Below are positions 46,825 to 55,576 of a DNA stretch of 64,000 nt, one piece after another. The position numbers and the translations under genes were made by a program. Every line of letters starts with the position of its first letter. The first letter of the stretch is position 1. The notes beneath the pieces were generated by a model. That model saw only the letters and a list, made by a program, of their open reading frames with translations. It did no database searches and was not told where the DNA came from. This DNA is from an uncultured delta proteobacterium (GTDB lineage: Bacteria > Myxococcota_A > Polyangia > Polyangiales > B10-G4). The stretch lies in contig CAVSGI010000027.1 in assembly GCA_963727445.1 (NCBI GenBank), positions 128,001 to 192,000 on the forward strand. Reading direction: 5' to 3'.

Positions 46825-46854
46825 TTGACACTTTCCACGGCCCCTGAGTAGGGT
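46825..46854 (+). promoter_or_regulatory. Sigma70-type promoter for the divergent lipoprotein
   Basis: TTGACA-N18-TAGGGT. Confidence 0.5.
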
Positions 46855-46949
46855 CCCCCGGCGTTTGGAATTGCCGGAGTCAGTGGACGACTGATGAGGG
46901 AACCCCAGGTGCACCGGCCATTGGGCCACAACTCGGAGAGAAGCCCCCG

Positions 46950-47399
46950 ATGAAGAAAATCCTCGGCTCGTCGATGTGGATTTTGGCCGCATTCGTGATG
47001 TTTTCGGGATGCACCGCCCCCGGCGTCGGGGACCCCTGCATCCCGGAGAGCATTCCGGAGGGCGGCTTCGTGGGCTCCGAGGCCTACCTCGAGACGAGCT
47101 CGGTGCAGTGCCGCACCCGTGTGTGCATGGTCTACCGCCTCGACGGCGTGCCCTTCGGCGCGCCCGGTTGCGAGACCGCCGAACAGGTCACCATGAACGA
47201 CATGTGCGCGCCCATCCCCGACTCGGGTGATCGCGTCTACTGCACCTGCCGCTGCGACGCGCCGCCCGAGTCGACCGCGACCCTCTGCGAGTGCCCCGAA
47301 GAGTTCCTGTGCACCGAGGTCATCGACCAGCCGGGCGCCGGTCTCGGTATCCGCGGCAGCTACTGCGTGCGGGCCAGCACCGTCGACATGGGCAGCTGA
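46950..47399 (+). CDS. Cys-rich lipoprotein, CglC/GltK(AgmO)-like
   Basis: FSGC lipobox and G.PC, C..RVC, YCTCRC and SYC Cys pattern; adjacent and divergent to gltC. Confidence 0.6.
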   Translation: MKKILGSSMWILAAFVMFSGCTAPGVGDPCIPESIPEGGFVGSEAYLETSSVQCRTRVCMVYRLDGVPFGAPGCETAEQVTMNDMCAPIPDSGDRVYCTCRCDAPPESTATLCECPEEFLCTEVIDQPGAGLGIRGSYCVRASTVDMGS

Positions 47400-47566
47400 G
47401 CATCTAGGAGAAGGCGGCGCGACGCCGCAGCGTAGGGACGCGGCGCTCGGCGCAGCCGAGCAGAGCGGCCCGCAGCGCAGGCGGCGCGACGCCGGGAGTG
47501 CGACGCCGGGAGTGCGTCTCCGGCAGACGAGACGCAACCGCGCCGGCGCCTGCACGACAAGCATGT

Positions 47567-47923
47567 GTGCCTGAGCGCGCCGAGACGGGACGGGAGGCGG
47601 AGGAGCTCGCCGCGGACAATCTCGTGCGGCGCGGCTTCGAGATCGTCGGCCGCAACGTGCGCGTCGGCCGCCTCGAGCTCGACATCCTCGCCAGGCGGGG
47701 AACGCTTCTCGTCGTCTGCGAGGTTCGGTCGCGCCGGAGCAAGGCGTACGGATCGCCGGCGCTCACGATCGACCGGGACAAGATCGCGAAGATCCGCCGC
47801 GCGACCGCGATCTGGCTGAAGAAGAACCGCCCCGGCACCCGGGAGCTCCGCTTCGACGCGGCGGCCGTCACCTTCGCCGCCGATGGCTCGCACGAGCTCG
47901 CGTACTACGAGCGTGCGTTTTGA
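47567..47923 (+). CDS. yraN: YraN/UPF0102 family PD-(D/E)XK nuclease-like protein
   Basis: GREAEELA..GFEIVGRN, ELDILA, VVCEVRSR, RFD and AYYERAF. Confidence 0.85.
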   Translation: MPERAETGREAEELAADNLVRRGFEIVGRNVRVGRLELDILARRGTLLVVCEVRSRRSKAYGSPALTIDRDKIAKIRRATAIWLKKNRPGTRELRFDAAAVTFAADGSHELAYYERAF

Positions 47924-48110
47924 TGGCGGGAAGCGCGGTTGGTGACGTGTGTTGGGGATGATGGCGCGGGTCTTGGCGAGGCGGTGCCCCGACACCCCGG
48001 GGGGGACAAGCCCCCCCTGTCGGCTCGCGCTTCGCGTGCTCGCCTCTCACGTCTGCCCGCCCGGTGTGGAACAGATGAGCTCGATGGGTTTGATGGCAAT
48101 TGATTGATGG

Positions 48111-48311
48111 TCTACGGGCAGCGTTCGGCCCCCCCCTCGGCCGCTGCGCGGCCGGGTCGCGGCCTGGCGGCCGCTCCGGCTCCTGCCCGGGTGCCCGAAC
48201 GGAGTGGAGCGTCGCGAAGCGACGCGACCTGGGCGCCCGAGGGGGCTGGAGGGGGGCGAGTAGCCCCCCGGAACCGAGGCGCCCGCGAGGGGTGCGAACG
48301 CTGCCCGTAGA
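48111..48311. mobile_element. MITE/REP-like 201-bp element with perfect 17-bp terminal inverted repeats
   Basis: TCTACGGGCAGCGTTCG (48111-48127) is the exact reverse complement of CGAACGCTGCCCGTAGA (48295-48311). Internal GC hairpins; no convincing ORF. Confidence 0.6.
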
Positions 48312-48589
48312 GGACCCGGACCATCCCATCGCGACCCTCTGGGTCAATCTCAATCACTTGTGGCGGGCAGACGTGAGAGCCGCGCGTGCGAAGCGCGCGG
48401 CGACGAGGGGGACCCTCCCCCTCGGGGGGGTGTCGGGGGGGCGCAGCCCCCTGACCATTAACCAACCTTTCCGGCCCCCCGCCCTGCGTCCCCGCAAGCG
48501 CGTGAGCGCAGCGAAACGCGCGCACGCCACGACCCGAACGTGCGCGAGTGAGCTGTCGACCGTTCAGTCCCGGCCGCTTACCTCTCGGA

Positions 48590-49207
48590 TCACTCGAGCG
48601 TGGCCGCCATGCGCTCGCGGACTTCGACGATGTCCTGCAACGCTTCTTCGGGCGTGCCGGCTTCGCGCGACTTCTGGATGGCGTGATCGAGAAGATCGAT
48701 CTCCTCCTGCTGCGCCGCGCGTAAGGCTTCGACCATGCGTTCGAGCGCCAAGTAGAGGTCGACGAGCTCGTCGCCTTTTCTCAGGCGCCCGCTGAGCTTC
48801 ATGTGACCGTCGGCGATCTCGCCGATCAAGCGCTTCATCTTGTACGTCGGGCCGACCAACTTGTGGGTCACGACGATCCCCGTCACGCCGAGGGCCAGAG
48901 CCAGGATCAATATGCCGCCCACGATGCTCATCAGGACCTTCTCGTCCTCTTCCTCCGCCGCATTGAGGATCAGCTCGGCCGCCTCGTCATCTGCCGCGTC
49001 GAGCATCGCGTTGGCGTTGAGCATTTCGGTCATGCTCTTCGAGTAGTTGTACGCTTGCCACCCGAGCGCGGACGCGACGATCACCGTCACCCCGACCACC
49101 ATGCCCGTGTACTTGAGCTGGAAGCGGGGGTTGAGAAGGAAGTTGCGGAGCCGCCGCTTGGGCGGGCCGCCGGTCTGTTTCGGAAGGCTCTCCGCGTTCG
49201 CCGACAT
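48590..49207 (-). CDS. Two-TM membrane protein with a HAMP domain and no output domain
   Basis: RRLRNFLLNPRFQLKY, two TM segments, THKLVGP..LRKGDEL..L HAMP pattern. Confidence 0.75.
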   Translation of the reverse strand: MSANAESLPKQTGGPPKRRLRNFLLNPRFQLKYTGMVVGVTVIVASALGWQAYNYSKSMTEMLNANAMLDAADDEAAELILNAAEEEDEKVLMSIVGGILILALALGVTGIVVTHKLVGPTYKMKRLIGEIADGHMKLSGRLRKGDELVDLYLALERMVEALRAAQQEEIDLLDHAIQKSREAGTPEEALQDIVEVRERMAATLE

Positions 49208-49279
49208 GGCTTATCCCCTACTCTGAATTCGAAAAGAATCGTAGTGGCTGAGCGCTCGGGCTGTCCAATGAATGGTCCC

Positions 49280-50134
49280 TCAGCCGCCGTCTCGGGCGTC
49301 GCCCGCCGCGAAAGCCTGGGGCAAACGGCGCAGCGCCCCGGTGAGCGCGCCCTGGATGGCCTGCGTTTTCGCCGAGTCTCCGCTGGCGCCCTGCACCGTG
49401 GCCGCCCCCTGCAAGATGACCCGCATGTCGCGGCCGGGATAGGTGTTCACGATGACCGAAACGACGGCGCGGGTTCCCCCGTTGCTGTTCTCGATGCGCA
49501 CGATCGAGGAGTCGAGGTAGTACCCGGTGAGCCGCCGCTGCCGGAGCACGCGCCGCGCCGCCCCGCTGCTCTCGTTGTCCGGCGCGATCACCACACCGTC
49601 GATCCCCTGGACGCGCGACTGAATGAAATCCCGCGCGCTGCGGAGGGTCTGCCGGGACACCTGCTGACTGGTGCCGGGCATGCCCACGCCCACGTAGTAG
49701 CGGGCAGGCCCCGAGGGCCTGACCGGCTCGACGTGGGTGCTTCGCGGCCCGGAGCTCGCGACCCGCTCGAGTCGAGAGATCGCGCGATTGACCGCGTTGC
49801 GCACCGACCGATCGGAGTCGTTGCTCGCGTTGCGCAGCGCAGCGAGCGCGGAAGGATCGCGGATCTGCTCGAGAGAGGCCGCCGCGGCCGCGCGCACGGC
49901 CGGGTGCTCGTCGCCGAGCGCCTGCGACAGCGCCCGCACCACACCCGGATCATCTTCGACCCGGCCGAGGGAGAGGGCCGCCTGAGCGCGGACGCGGAAC
50001 GCGTTGGAGGTTCGCAGAAGGCGCACGAGGTAATCCGAGCGTGCGTCCGCCTCCGCGAGCTCCGGCCCAACAGCCATCAGAAGGGCTGCCAAGAGGGATA
50101 ATCCCGACACCCAGCGCTTCACCCGTGTGCTCAT
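49280..50134 (-). CDS. Exported HEAT-repeat protein
   Basis: Signal peptide, then VRAQAALSLGR, DEHPAVRAAAAASL and DSDRSVRNA. Confidence 0.75.
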   Translation of the reverse strand: MSTRVKRWVSGLSLLAALLMAVGPELAEADARSDYLVRLLRTSNAFRVRAQAALSLGRVEDDPGVVRALSQALGDEHPAVRAAAAASLEQIRDPSALAALRNASNDSDRSVRNAVNRAISRLERVASSGPRSTHVEPVRPSGPARYYVGVGMPGTSQQVSRQTLRSARDFIQSRVQGIDGVVIAPDNESSGAARRVLRQRRLTGYYLDSSIVRIENSNGGTRAVVSVIVNTYPGRDMRVILQGAATVQGASGDSAKTQAIQGALTGALRRLPQAFAAGDARDGG

Positions 50135-50324
50135 GTCTCCCGCAACGTTCTCCCGGCTCTGCACTTGTCCATCGAGCCGTGACTCGGTTGAGACGACCGT
50201 CGCCACGATCTCTTCAAGAGAAGGGGGAAAGGATCGTCAGTATCGCGTACGGGGCCCCGGTCTGACAACGGTGTTCGCTGTGGATCCGGTTGATCGTGGG
50301 CCAGGCATTGGCCAGTGTGGAGCG

Positions 50325-52085
50325 GTGCACGGCTCATCCCTCCCACGGACCCCGGGGCTGAGACCTCCCCGCCGGTCGCTGCGCGGTGGGGGGCTGCTGA
50401 TCGCCCTGCTCCTCGGGGCTGTCTGCCCGTCTCCGCGTGCGCAGGCCCAACCGCGCGTGCGCGTCCAGGCCGAAACCCGCATCGAGCTCGGCACCAATCG
50501 GGAGGCTGACCACATCCTGCTCAAGGGTGTGCTTCGCGACGACCTCGGCGAGGCGATCGCGGGCGCGCGCGTCGACGTGCGCCTCGCCGAGGCTCAGAGC
50601 CGGCGGACGGTGCTGAGCCGCGACGTGGTCACCGACGATCGCGGGCGCTTCGCGGTCGCCGCGGCGGTGACGACCGGGGACTACGAGCTCCGCGCGATCT
50701 TCGAAGGCGGCGACTACTACCAGCGCACCGAGGTCTCCCGCACCATCGATCTCAACCGGGCAGACGTGCGCCTCGGGGTGGAGGTGCCCCATCACGGCGA
50801 GCTCGACCTCGACCTCCCCTCCCACGAGATCGAGGTCCACGCGAGCTGCGAGCTCGGCGCGAGCGGCATCGACGTCGCGCTCCTCGACGAGATGGGTCGC
50901 ACCCTGGCCACCGGCCGCACCGGGCCAGACGAGCGTGCGCTTTTCGAGATCCCCTCGTCGGCGCTCGGCGAGCCGGGCGCGGGTCGCCTGGTGGCGCGCT
51001 CGCGCGCCGACGACGCGCGCGCGCAGGCTCAGACCGAGGTGCCGATCGTCCGCTACCGCCGGATGGTCCTGAGCCTGACGGCTTCGCCCACCCGGGTGGC
51101 GCGCGGGGGCGAGGTCCATCTCTCCGGCGCCCTGGTGGACAGCCAGAGTGCCCTGCCAGGGCGGGCCATCGGGCTCTTCGCCGACGGCGATCGCCACCTG
51201 ACCACGGTGCTGACCGACGGTGAGGGCGCCTACGCCGCCGACGTGAGCTTCGAGCAGGAGGAAGCCGGCTCGATCGCCGTGGTGGCTCGTTTCGAAAGCG
51301 ACGCACCCGGGCGCGACACCATCGAGTCGGAGCCCGTCACGCTGAGCATCGACGCCCCCAACCCGATGAGCTGGCTCTGGGCCGCGCTCCCGATCACGAT
51401 CTGCATCCTGCTCCTGATGCTGATCGCGCGACGCGCTCCCCAGCGCCTCACCGCCGTTCCACCTCCCCCACCGCCGGCTCCTTCGGGGGTGTCGGCCGCG
51501 ATCCGCTCCTCGCGCTGGCCCGCCCACGCAGCGATCGGGGGCAAGGTGGTCGACCAGCTGCGCGGCACGCCCATCGCCGGGGCGCGCGTGAGCCTCAGTT
51601 GGCAGGATGGGGAGGAGGTCAGCCATCGCGTCACGGATGAAGAAGGGCGCTTCTCCTTCGACGAGCCGCGCATCGGCGATCACCGCCTCTCGGTCACGGC
51701 GCGGGGCTACGGACGCGAGGAGAGCGAGGTGAGCTCGCCTCATCGCGGTGAATGGGGCGCCCTCACGGTGCGCCTCGAGAGCCTGCGCGAGCGCATCCTC
51801 GGCGCCTACCGGAAGGTGGCGATCGCCCTTCTGCCGTCGGCCCGCCTCTGGGAGATCTGGACGAACCGCGAGATCCTGGAGCACGGCAAGGCCAAGGGCA
51901 GATCGCCTGAGCTCGCCCAGCTGACCCACCGCGTCGAGGAAGGCTTCTACTCGAGCGAAGGACCCAGCGAGCAGGACGTCAGCGCGGTCGAGCGGGAGGC
52001 GGAGAGCGCTTACGCGGCCCTGGCGCGCGACCCTGGCACGAGGAGGCCGGACGGCGGCGACGAAGGCGAGCCGACCCCGCGTTGA
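50325..52085 (+). CDS. Membrane-anchored Ig-like / carboxypeptidase-regulatory-like repeat protein
   Basis: Repeated G..IAGARV..TD..GRF beta-sandwich motifs, internal TM (WLWAALPITICILLLMLIA) and helical C-terminus. Start uncertain. Confidence 0.7.
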   Translation: MHGSSLPRTPGLRPPRRSLRGGGLLIALLLGAVCPSPRAQAQPRVRVQAETRIELGTNREADHILLKGVLRDDLGEAIAGARVDVRLAEAQSRRTVLSRDVVTDDRGRFAVAAAVTTGDYELRAIFEGGDYYQRTEVSRTIDLNRADVRLGVEVPHHGELDLDLPSHEIEVHASCELGASGIDVALLDEMGRTLATGRTGPDERALFEIPSSALGEPGAGRLVARSRADDARAQAQTEVPIVRYRRMVLSLTASPTRVARGGEVHLSGALVDSQSALPGRAIGLFADGDRHLTTVLTDGEGAYAADVSFEQEEAGSIAVVARFESDAPGRDTIESEPVTLSIDAPNPMSWLWAALPITICILLLMLIARRAPQRLTAVPPPPPPAPSGVSAAIRSSRWPAHAAIGGKVVDQLRGTPIAGARVSLSWQDGEEVSHRVTDEEGRFSFDEPRIGDHRLSVTARGYGREESEVSSPHRGEWGALTVRLESLRERILGAYRKVAIALLPSARLWEIWTNREILEHGKAKGRSPELAQLTHRVEEGFYSSEGPSEQDVSAVEREAESAYAALARDPGTRRPDGGDEGEPTPR

Positions 52086-52111
52086 CGCCACGTCTTTTGC
52101 CTCCCTATAGT
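52082..52111 (+). promoter_or_regulatory. Putative sigma70 promoter of ftsY
   Basis: TTGACG-N18-TATAGT. Confidence 0.5.
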
Positions 52112-52169
52112 GGCGCCGCTCCGACCGGGATGAACCTCTCGGGGCGTCGGCTCAGCCGAGAGGGGATCG

Positions 52170-53474
52170 ATGGAGATCGTCATCATCGTGGTCGCGTTGC
52201 TCGCTCTGGGCATCGGCGCGTACTTCGTCATGGGTCGCGGCGACAAGGCGCTGCCCCCGCCCGAGGAGGAGAAGAAGCTTCCTCCGAAGAAGTCTGAGAA
52301 AAAGCCCGAAAAGGCGAAAAAGAAAGCCGAAAAGGCGAAGCCCGAGAAGGCCCCCGTCAAGGCGAAGGACAAGGCGAAGAAGCCTCCGGAAGAGGAAGAA
52401 GAGGAGGAGGAAGCGGAAGCCGAGGCGGCCGCCGCCGAGGCCCCCGCGGAGCCTGAAGAGCCCGCGGAGGAGGCCGCCGCGCGAGTGGAGGAGCCCGCCC
52501 CCGACGCCCCCCTCAAGCGACCGTCGAAGCCCAGCGAGGAAGACGTCAAGGCGCTCAAGAAGGGCCTCAAATCGACGCGCGGTGGCTTCATCGCCAAGCT
52601 CGCCAAGCTCTTCGGCGGCAAGAAGGAGATCGACCCGGCCCTGATCGACGAGATCGAAGAGGTGCTGATCAGGGCCGACATCGGCGTCAAGACCACCGAG
52701 AAGATCCTCGGTCACCTCCGAGACCGCCTCGAGAAGAAGGAGCTGGACGACACCGACCGGATCTGGGGGGCGATTCGAGAGGAGGCCGCTGACATCCTCA
52801 GCGCTTCCAAGGGTTCGATATCCCTCGACAAATCACCGACCGTCATCCTGGTAGTCGGGGTGAACGGGGTTGGAAAGACCACGACGATCGGCAAGCTCGC
52901 CAGCCGCTTCACCGAGGAGGGCAAGAAGGTGATCCTCGCGGCCGGGGACACCTTCCGGGCCGCGGCCGTGCTCCAGCTCGAGGTCTGGGGCCGGCGGACG
53001 AAGTGCAAGGTGGTCAAGGGCAAGGATCGGGCGGATCCCGGCTCGGTGATCTTCGACGCGATCAAGACGGCCAAGGAGGAGGGAGCCGATCTGGTGATCG
53101 CGGATACGGCCGGTCGTCTTCACACGAAGACCCCTCTGATGGAGGAGCTCAAGAAGGTCCACCGCACCTGCGAAAAGGCCTTGGATGGGCGTTCGGCCGA
53201 CGAGGTGCTCCTGGTCCTGGACTCCACCAACGGCCAGAACGCCATCCAGCAGGCCCAGATGTTCAAGGACGCCCTCCCCGTCAGCGGGATCGTCCTGACC
53301 AAGCTGGACGGGACGGCCAAGGGCGGAGTGATCCTGGGAATCGTGGACGAGCATCAGGTTCCCGTCCGGTACATCGGGATCGGCGAGAGGGTCGAAGATC
53401 TCAGGGAGTTCGACGCCCCCAGCTTCGTCGAAGCCCTCTTCGAGAAACCCGACGATGAAACCATGGCCGCGTAA
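52170..53474 (+). CDS. ftsY: Signal recognition particle receptor FtsY
   Basis: GVNGVGKTTTIGKLA, AAGDTFRAAA, DTAGRLHTK, TKLDGTAKGG and IGIGERVEDL. Confidence 0.97.
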   Translation: MEIVIIVVALLALGIGAYFVMGRGDKALPPPEEEKKLPPKKSEKKPEKAKKKAEKAKPEKAPVKAKDKAKKPPEEEEEEEEAEAEAAAAEAPAEPEEPAEEAAARVEEPAPDAPLKRPSKPSEEDVKALKKGLKSTRGGFIAKLAKLFGGKKEIDPALIDEIEEVLIRADIGVKTTEKILGHLRDRLEKKELDDTDRIWGAIREEAADILSASKGSISLDKSPTVILVVGVNGVGKTTTIGKLASRFTEEGKKVILAAGDTFRAAAVLQLEVWGRRTKCKVVKGKDRADPGSVIFDAIKTAKEEGADLVIADTAGRLHTKTPLMEELKKVHRTCEKALDGRSADEVLLVLDSTNGQNAIQQAQMFKDALPVSGIVLTKLDGTAKGGVILGIVDEHQVPVRYIGIGERVEDLREFDAPSFVEALFEKPDDETMAA

Positions 53475-53477
53475 GCG

Positions 53478-53507
53478 TTGAATTCCCGAGATTCTGCATG
53501 ATATAGT
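53478..53507 (+). promoter_or_regulatory. Putative sigma70 promoter of the beta-barrel pair
   Basis: TTGAAT-N18-TATAGT with an extended -10 TG. Confidence 0.5.
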
Positions 53508-53639
53508 CGGCGCCGCCTCGGGATGATTGATGTTTTCATCAGTTATTCCGAGGGGTTGTAGAGGGGTAGTACACCGCCGGCGTCACCGGCGGGAGACGTG
53601 TTTGCGGGACGTTTCCACGACGAGGTGGAAGGGGTCACG

Positions 53640-54620
53640 ATGAGAAGGTCAATAGTCGCGATTCTGCTCTTCACAGCCACGCTTTGCGTGGGTGGGAGTG
53701 CCTTCGCACAGGACATGTCTTTCGACTTGGATGAGGCCGAGACGGAAGAAGGCGGAGGCGAAGGCGAAGAAGGCGGTGATGCCGCCGGAGACGACAGCGG
53801 CCTCGTCATGGAAGGTGACGAGGGCGGTGGCGGCGAAGAAGGCGGCGGCATGGGCGACTTCGATGGCGGAGACGTCATCGGAGATCTCGCCGGAGGCGGC
53901 CCCGAGGAGCAGGGCCCGCGAGAGCGGGCGCCGCGGTCGAGCGAAACGGTCGAGGAGATCTACGCCGTCCAGCAGATCTACGCGCTGCGCATCAATCGCG
54001 TGGAGCTCTCACCGAACGTCGGCTTCAGCATGAACGACCAGTACGTCAGCCACACGTCGGTCGGCCTGGGGCTCAACTACTGGTGGACGAACGTTCTCGC
54101 CATCGGCCTGAACTTCAACTGGTATCAGGGGCTCGAGAACGAGTCGGACCTGAACTTCTTCGTTCGGCGCTCGTTCCGCCTGGCGGTTCCCATCACCGAG
54201 TATCAGCTCGGCGCGAACCTGAACTTCACGTACGTGCCTCTGTACGGGAAGTTCAACATGTTCAACGAGTACATCTTCCAGTGGGATGCCTACATCCTCG
54301 GCGGTGTCGGCATCATGCGCACCCGCCCGGTGCCGGTCGTCGACCCCGAGGTTCGGCAGTTCGACTTCGACTGGCGCGTGGCCTTCAACGTCGCCCTCGG
54401 CTTCCGCGTATTCGTGACGCGCTGGCTCGCGGTCTTCGCGGAGCTTCGCGACTACATCTACCTGGAGCAGCTCGAGAACCTGAATGTCTCGGTCGGGGCT
54501 GGGCGTGACGATCCCACCACGTGGTTGGCCGATGGTCCGACGCTCACGAACAACGTGACGGCGCACCTCGGGCTCACGATCTTCCTGCCCTTCGACTTCG
54601 AGTACAGGCTGCCCAAGTGA
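53640..54620 (+). CDS. Outer-membrane beta-barrel protein, GltA/GltB-like
   Basis: Signal peptide, acidic Gly-rich linker, YVPLYGKF, DAYILGGVG, ELRDYIYLE and C-terminal LGLTIFLP. Confidence 0.78.
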   Translation: MRRSIVAILLFTATLCVGGSAFAQDMSFDLDEAETEEGGGEGEEGGDAAGDDSGLVMEGDEGGGGEEGGGMGDFDGGDVIGDLAGGGPEEQGPRERAPRSSETVEEIYAVQQIYALRINRVELSPNVGFSMNDQYVSHTSVGLGLNYWWTNVLAIGLNFNWYQGLENESDLNFFVRRSFRLAVPITEYQLGANLNFTYVPLYGKFNMFNEYIFQWDAYILGGVGIMRTRPVPVVDPEVRQFDFDWRVAFNVALGFRVFVTRWLAVFAELRDYIYLEQLENLNVSVGAGRDDPTTWLADGPTLTNNVTAHLGLTIFLPFDFEYRLPK

Positions 54621-54628
54621 GTGTGAAC

Positions 54629-55501
54629 ATGACGAAGCGTCTCATCATCGGGTTCGCCATCCTCGCTGGACTCTTCTTGGTGGAAGGTCCCTCGGTGGCG
54701 AGTGCTCAGGAAATCCAGATCACCGGCCCGCTGGCCGGTGCGCCTGCCTGCCGGCACTGCCGGATCTATCGCTCGGGCCGCTTTCTCGTGCAGCCCACGT
54801 TCTCGTTCACCCTGCAGGACGAGTACTCGCGCGCGATCCTCTTCGGTCTGACCGCGCAGTACCACTTCACCGACTGGCTCGGTATCGGGGTCTGGGGGGC
54901 GTACAACCCGACGGACATCGACACCGACCTGACGACGCAGGTGAAGGCGAATGGTCAAACCACGTCGCGAAACGTCCTGAGCCTTCCGAACGCAGCCGAG
55001 TTCGGAAACCAGGTCGCCCGCTTCCGCGGCGCCGCAGCGCTCCAGCTGGTGTTCGTTCCGCTTCGAGGAAAGCTCTCGCTCTTCCAGAACATCTTCGTCG
55101 ACACCGACTTCTACATCTTCGCGGGTGTGGCAGGCATCATGGTCGACCAGCGGGCGCAGGTCGCGAGCACGCCCGCGGGGTGCAACATCATGGGCGGCGC
55201 AGGCGACCCGGCTCGGCGCACGAACGCGTGTGGTCAGGTCGCTCGCGACAGCCTCCTCGACCTCACCTGGACCGCTGGCGCCGGCCTCACGATGATGATG
55301 AACGACTGGTTCGGCCTCTCCTTCGAGTGGCGCGCCCTGCCCTTCGCCTGGAACACCTCGGGCACGGACGAGAAGAACCAGGACGGCCAGACCTTCCCCG
55401 ACGGCGCCATCGATGGCAACGACAACATCTACCGTCTGAACCACATGTTCAGCCTCGGCCTGATGATCTACCTCCCGACCGCGGTCGAAGTCACCGACTG
55501 A
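54629..55501 (+). CDS. Outer-membrane beta-barrel protein, GltA/GltB-like paralogue
   Basis: Signal peptide, YHFTDWLGIG, FVPLRGKLSLF, DFYIFAG and C-terminal LGLMIYLP. Confidence 0.78.
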   Translation: MTKRLIIGFAILAGLFLVEGPSVASAQEIQITGPLAGAPACRHCRIYRSGRFLVQPTFSFTLQDEYSRAILFGLTAQYHFTDWLGIGVWGAYNPTDIDTDLTTQVKANGQTTSRNVLSLPNAAEFGNQVARFRGAAALQLVFVPLRGKLSLFQNIFVDTDFYIFAGVAGIMVDQRAQVASTPAGCNIMGGAGDPARRTNACGQVARDSLLDLTWTAGAGLTMMMNDWFGLSFEWRALPFAWNTSGTDEKNQDGQTFPDGAIDGNDNIYRLNHMFSLGLMIYLPTAVEVTD

Positions 55502-55526
55502 GCACCGCCCGGCCAAACGAGCCAAG

Positions 55527-55555
55527 AAGCCCGCGCCGAAAGGCGCGGGCTTTTT
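55527..55555 (+). terminator. Intrinsic terminator (probably bidirectional)
   Basis: AAGCCCGCGCC-GAAA-GGCGCGGGC-TTTTT between convergent genes. Confidence 0.88.
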
Positions 55556-55576
55556 CGTTGGCGCAGCGCGCGGCCC

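Noticed and set aside
47404..47560. Short direct repeats (GCGACGCCGGGAGT x2) upstream of yraN
   Set aside because: Short, GC-rich and low-complexity; no supportable function.
47567..47923. YraN as an anti-phage defence nuclease
   Set aside because: Widespread conserved family with no defence-associated partners nearby.
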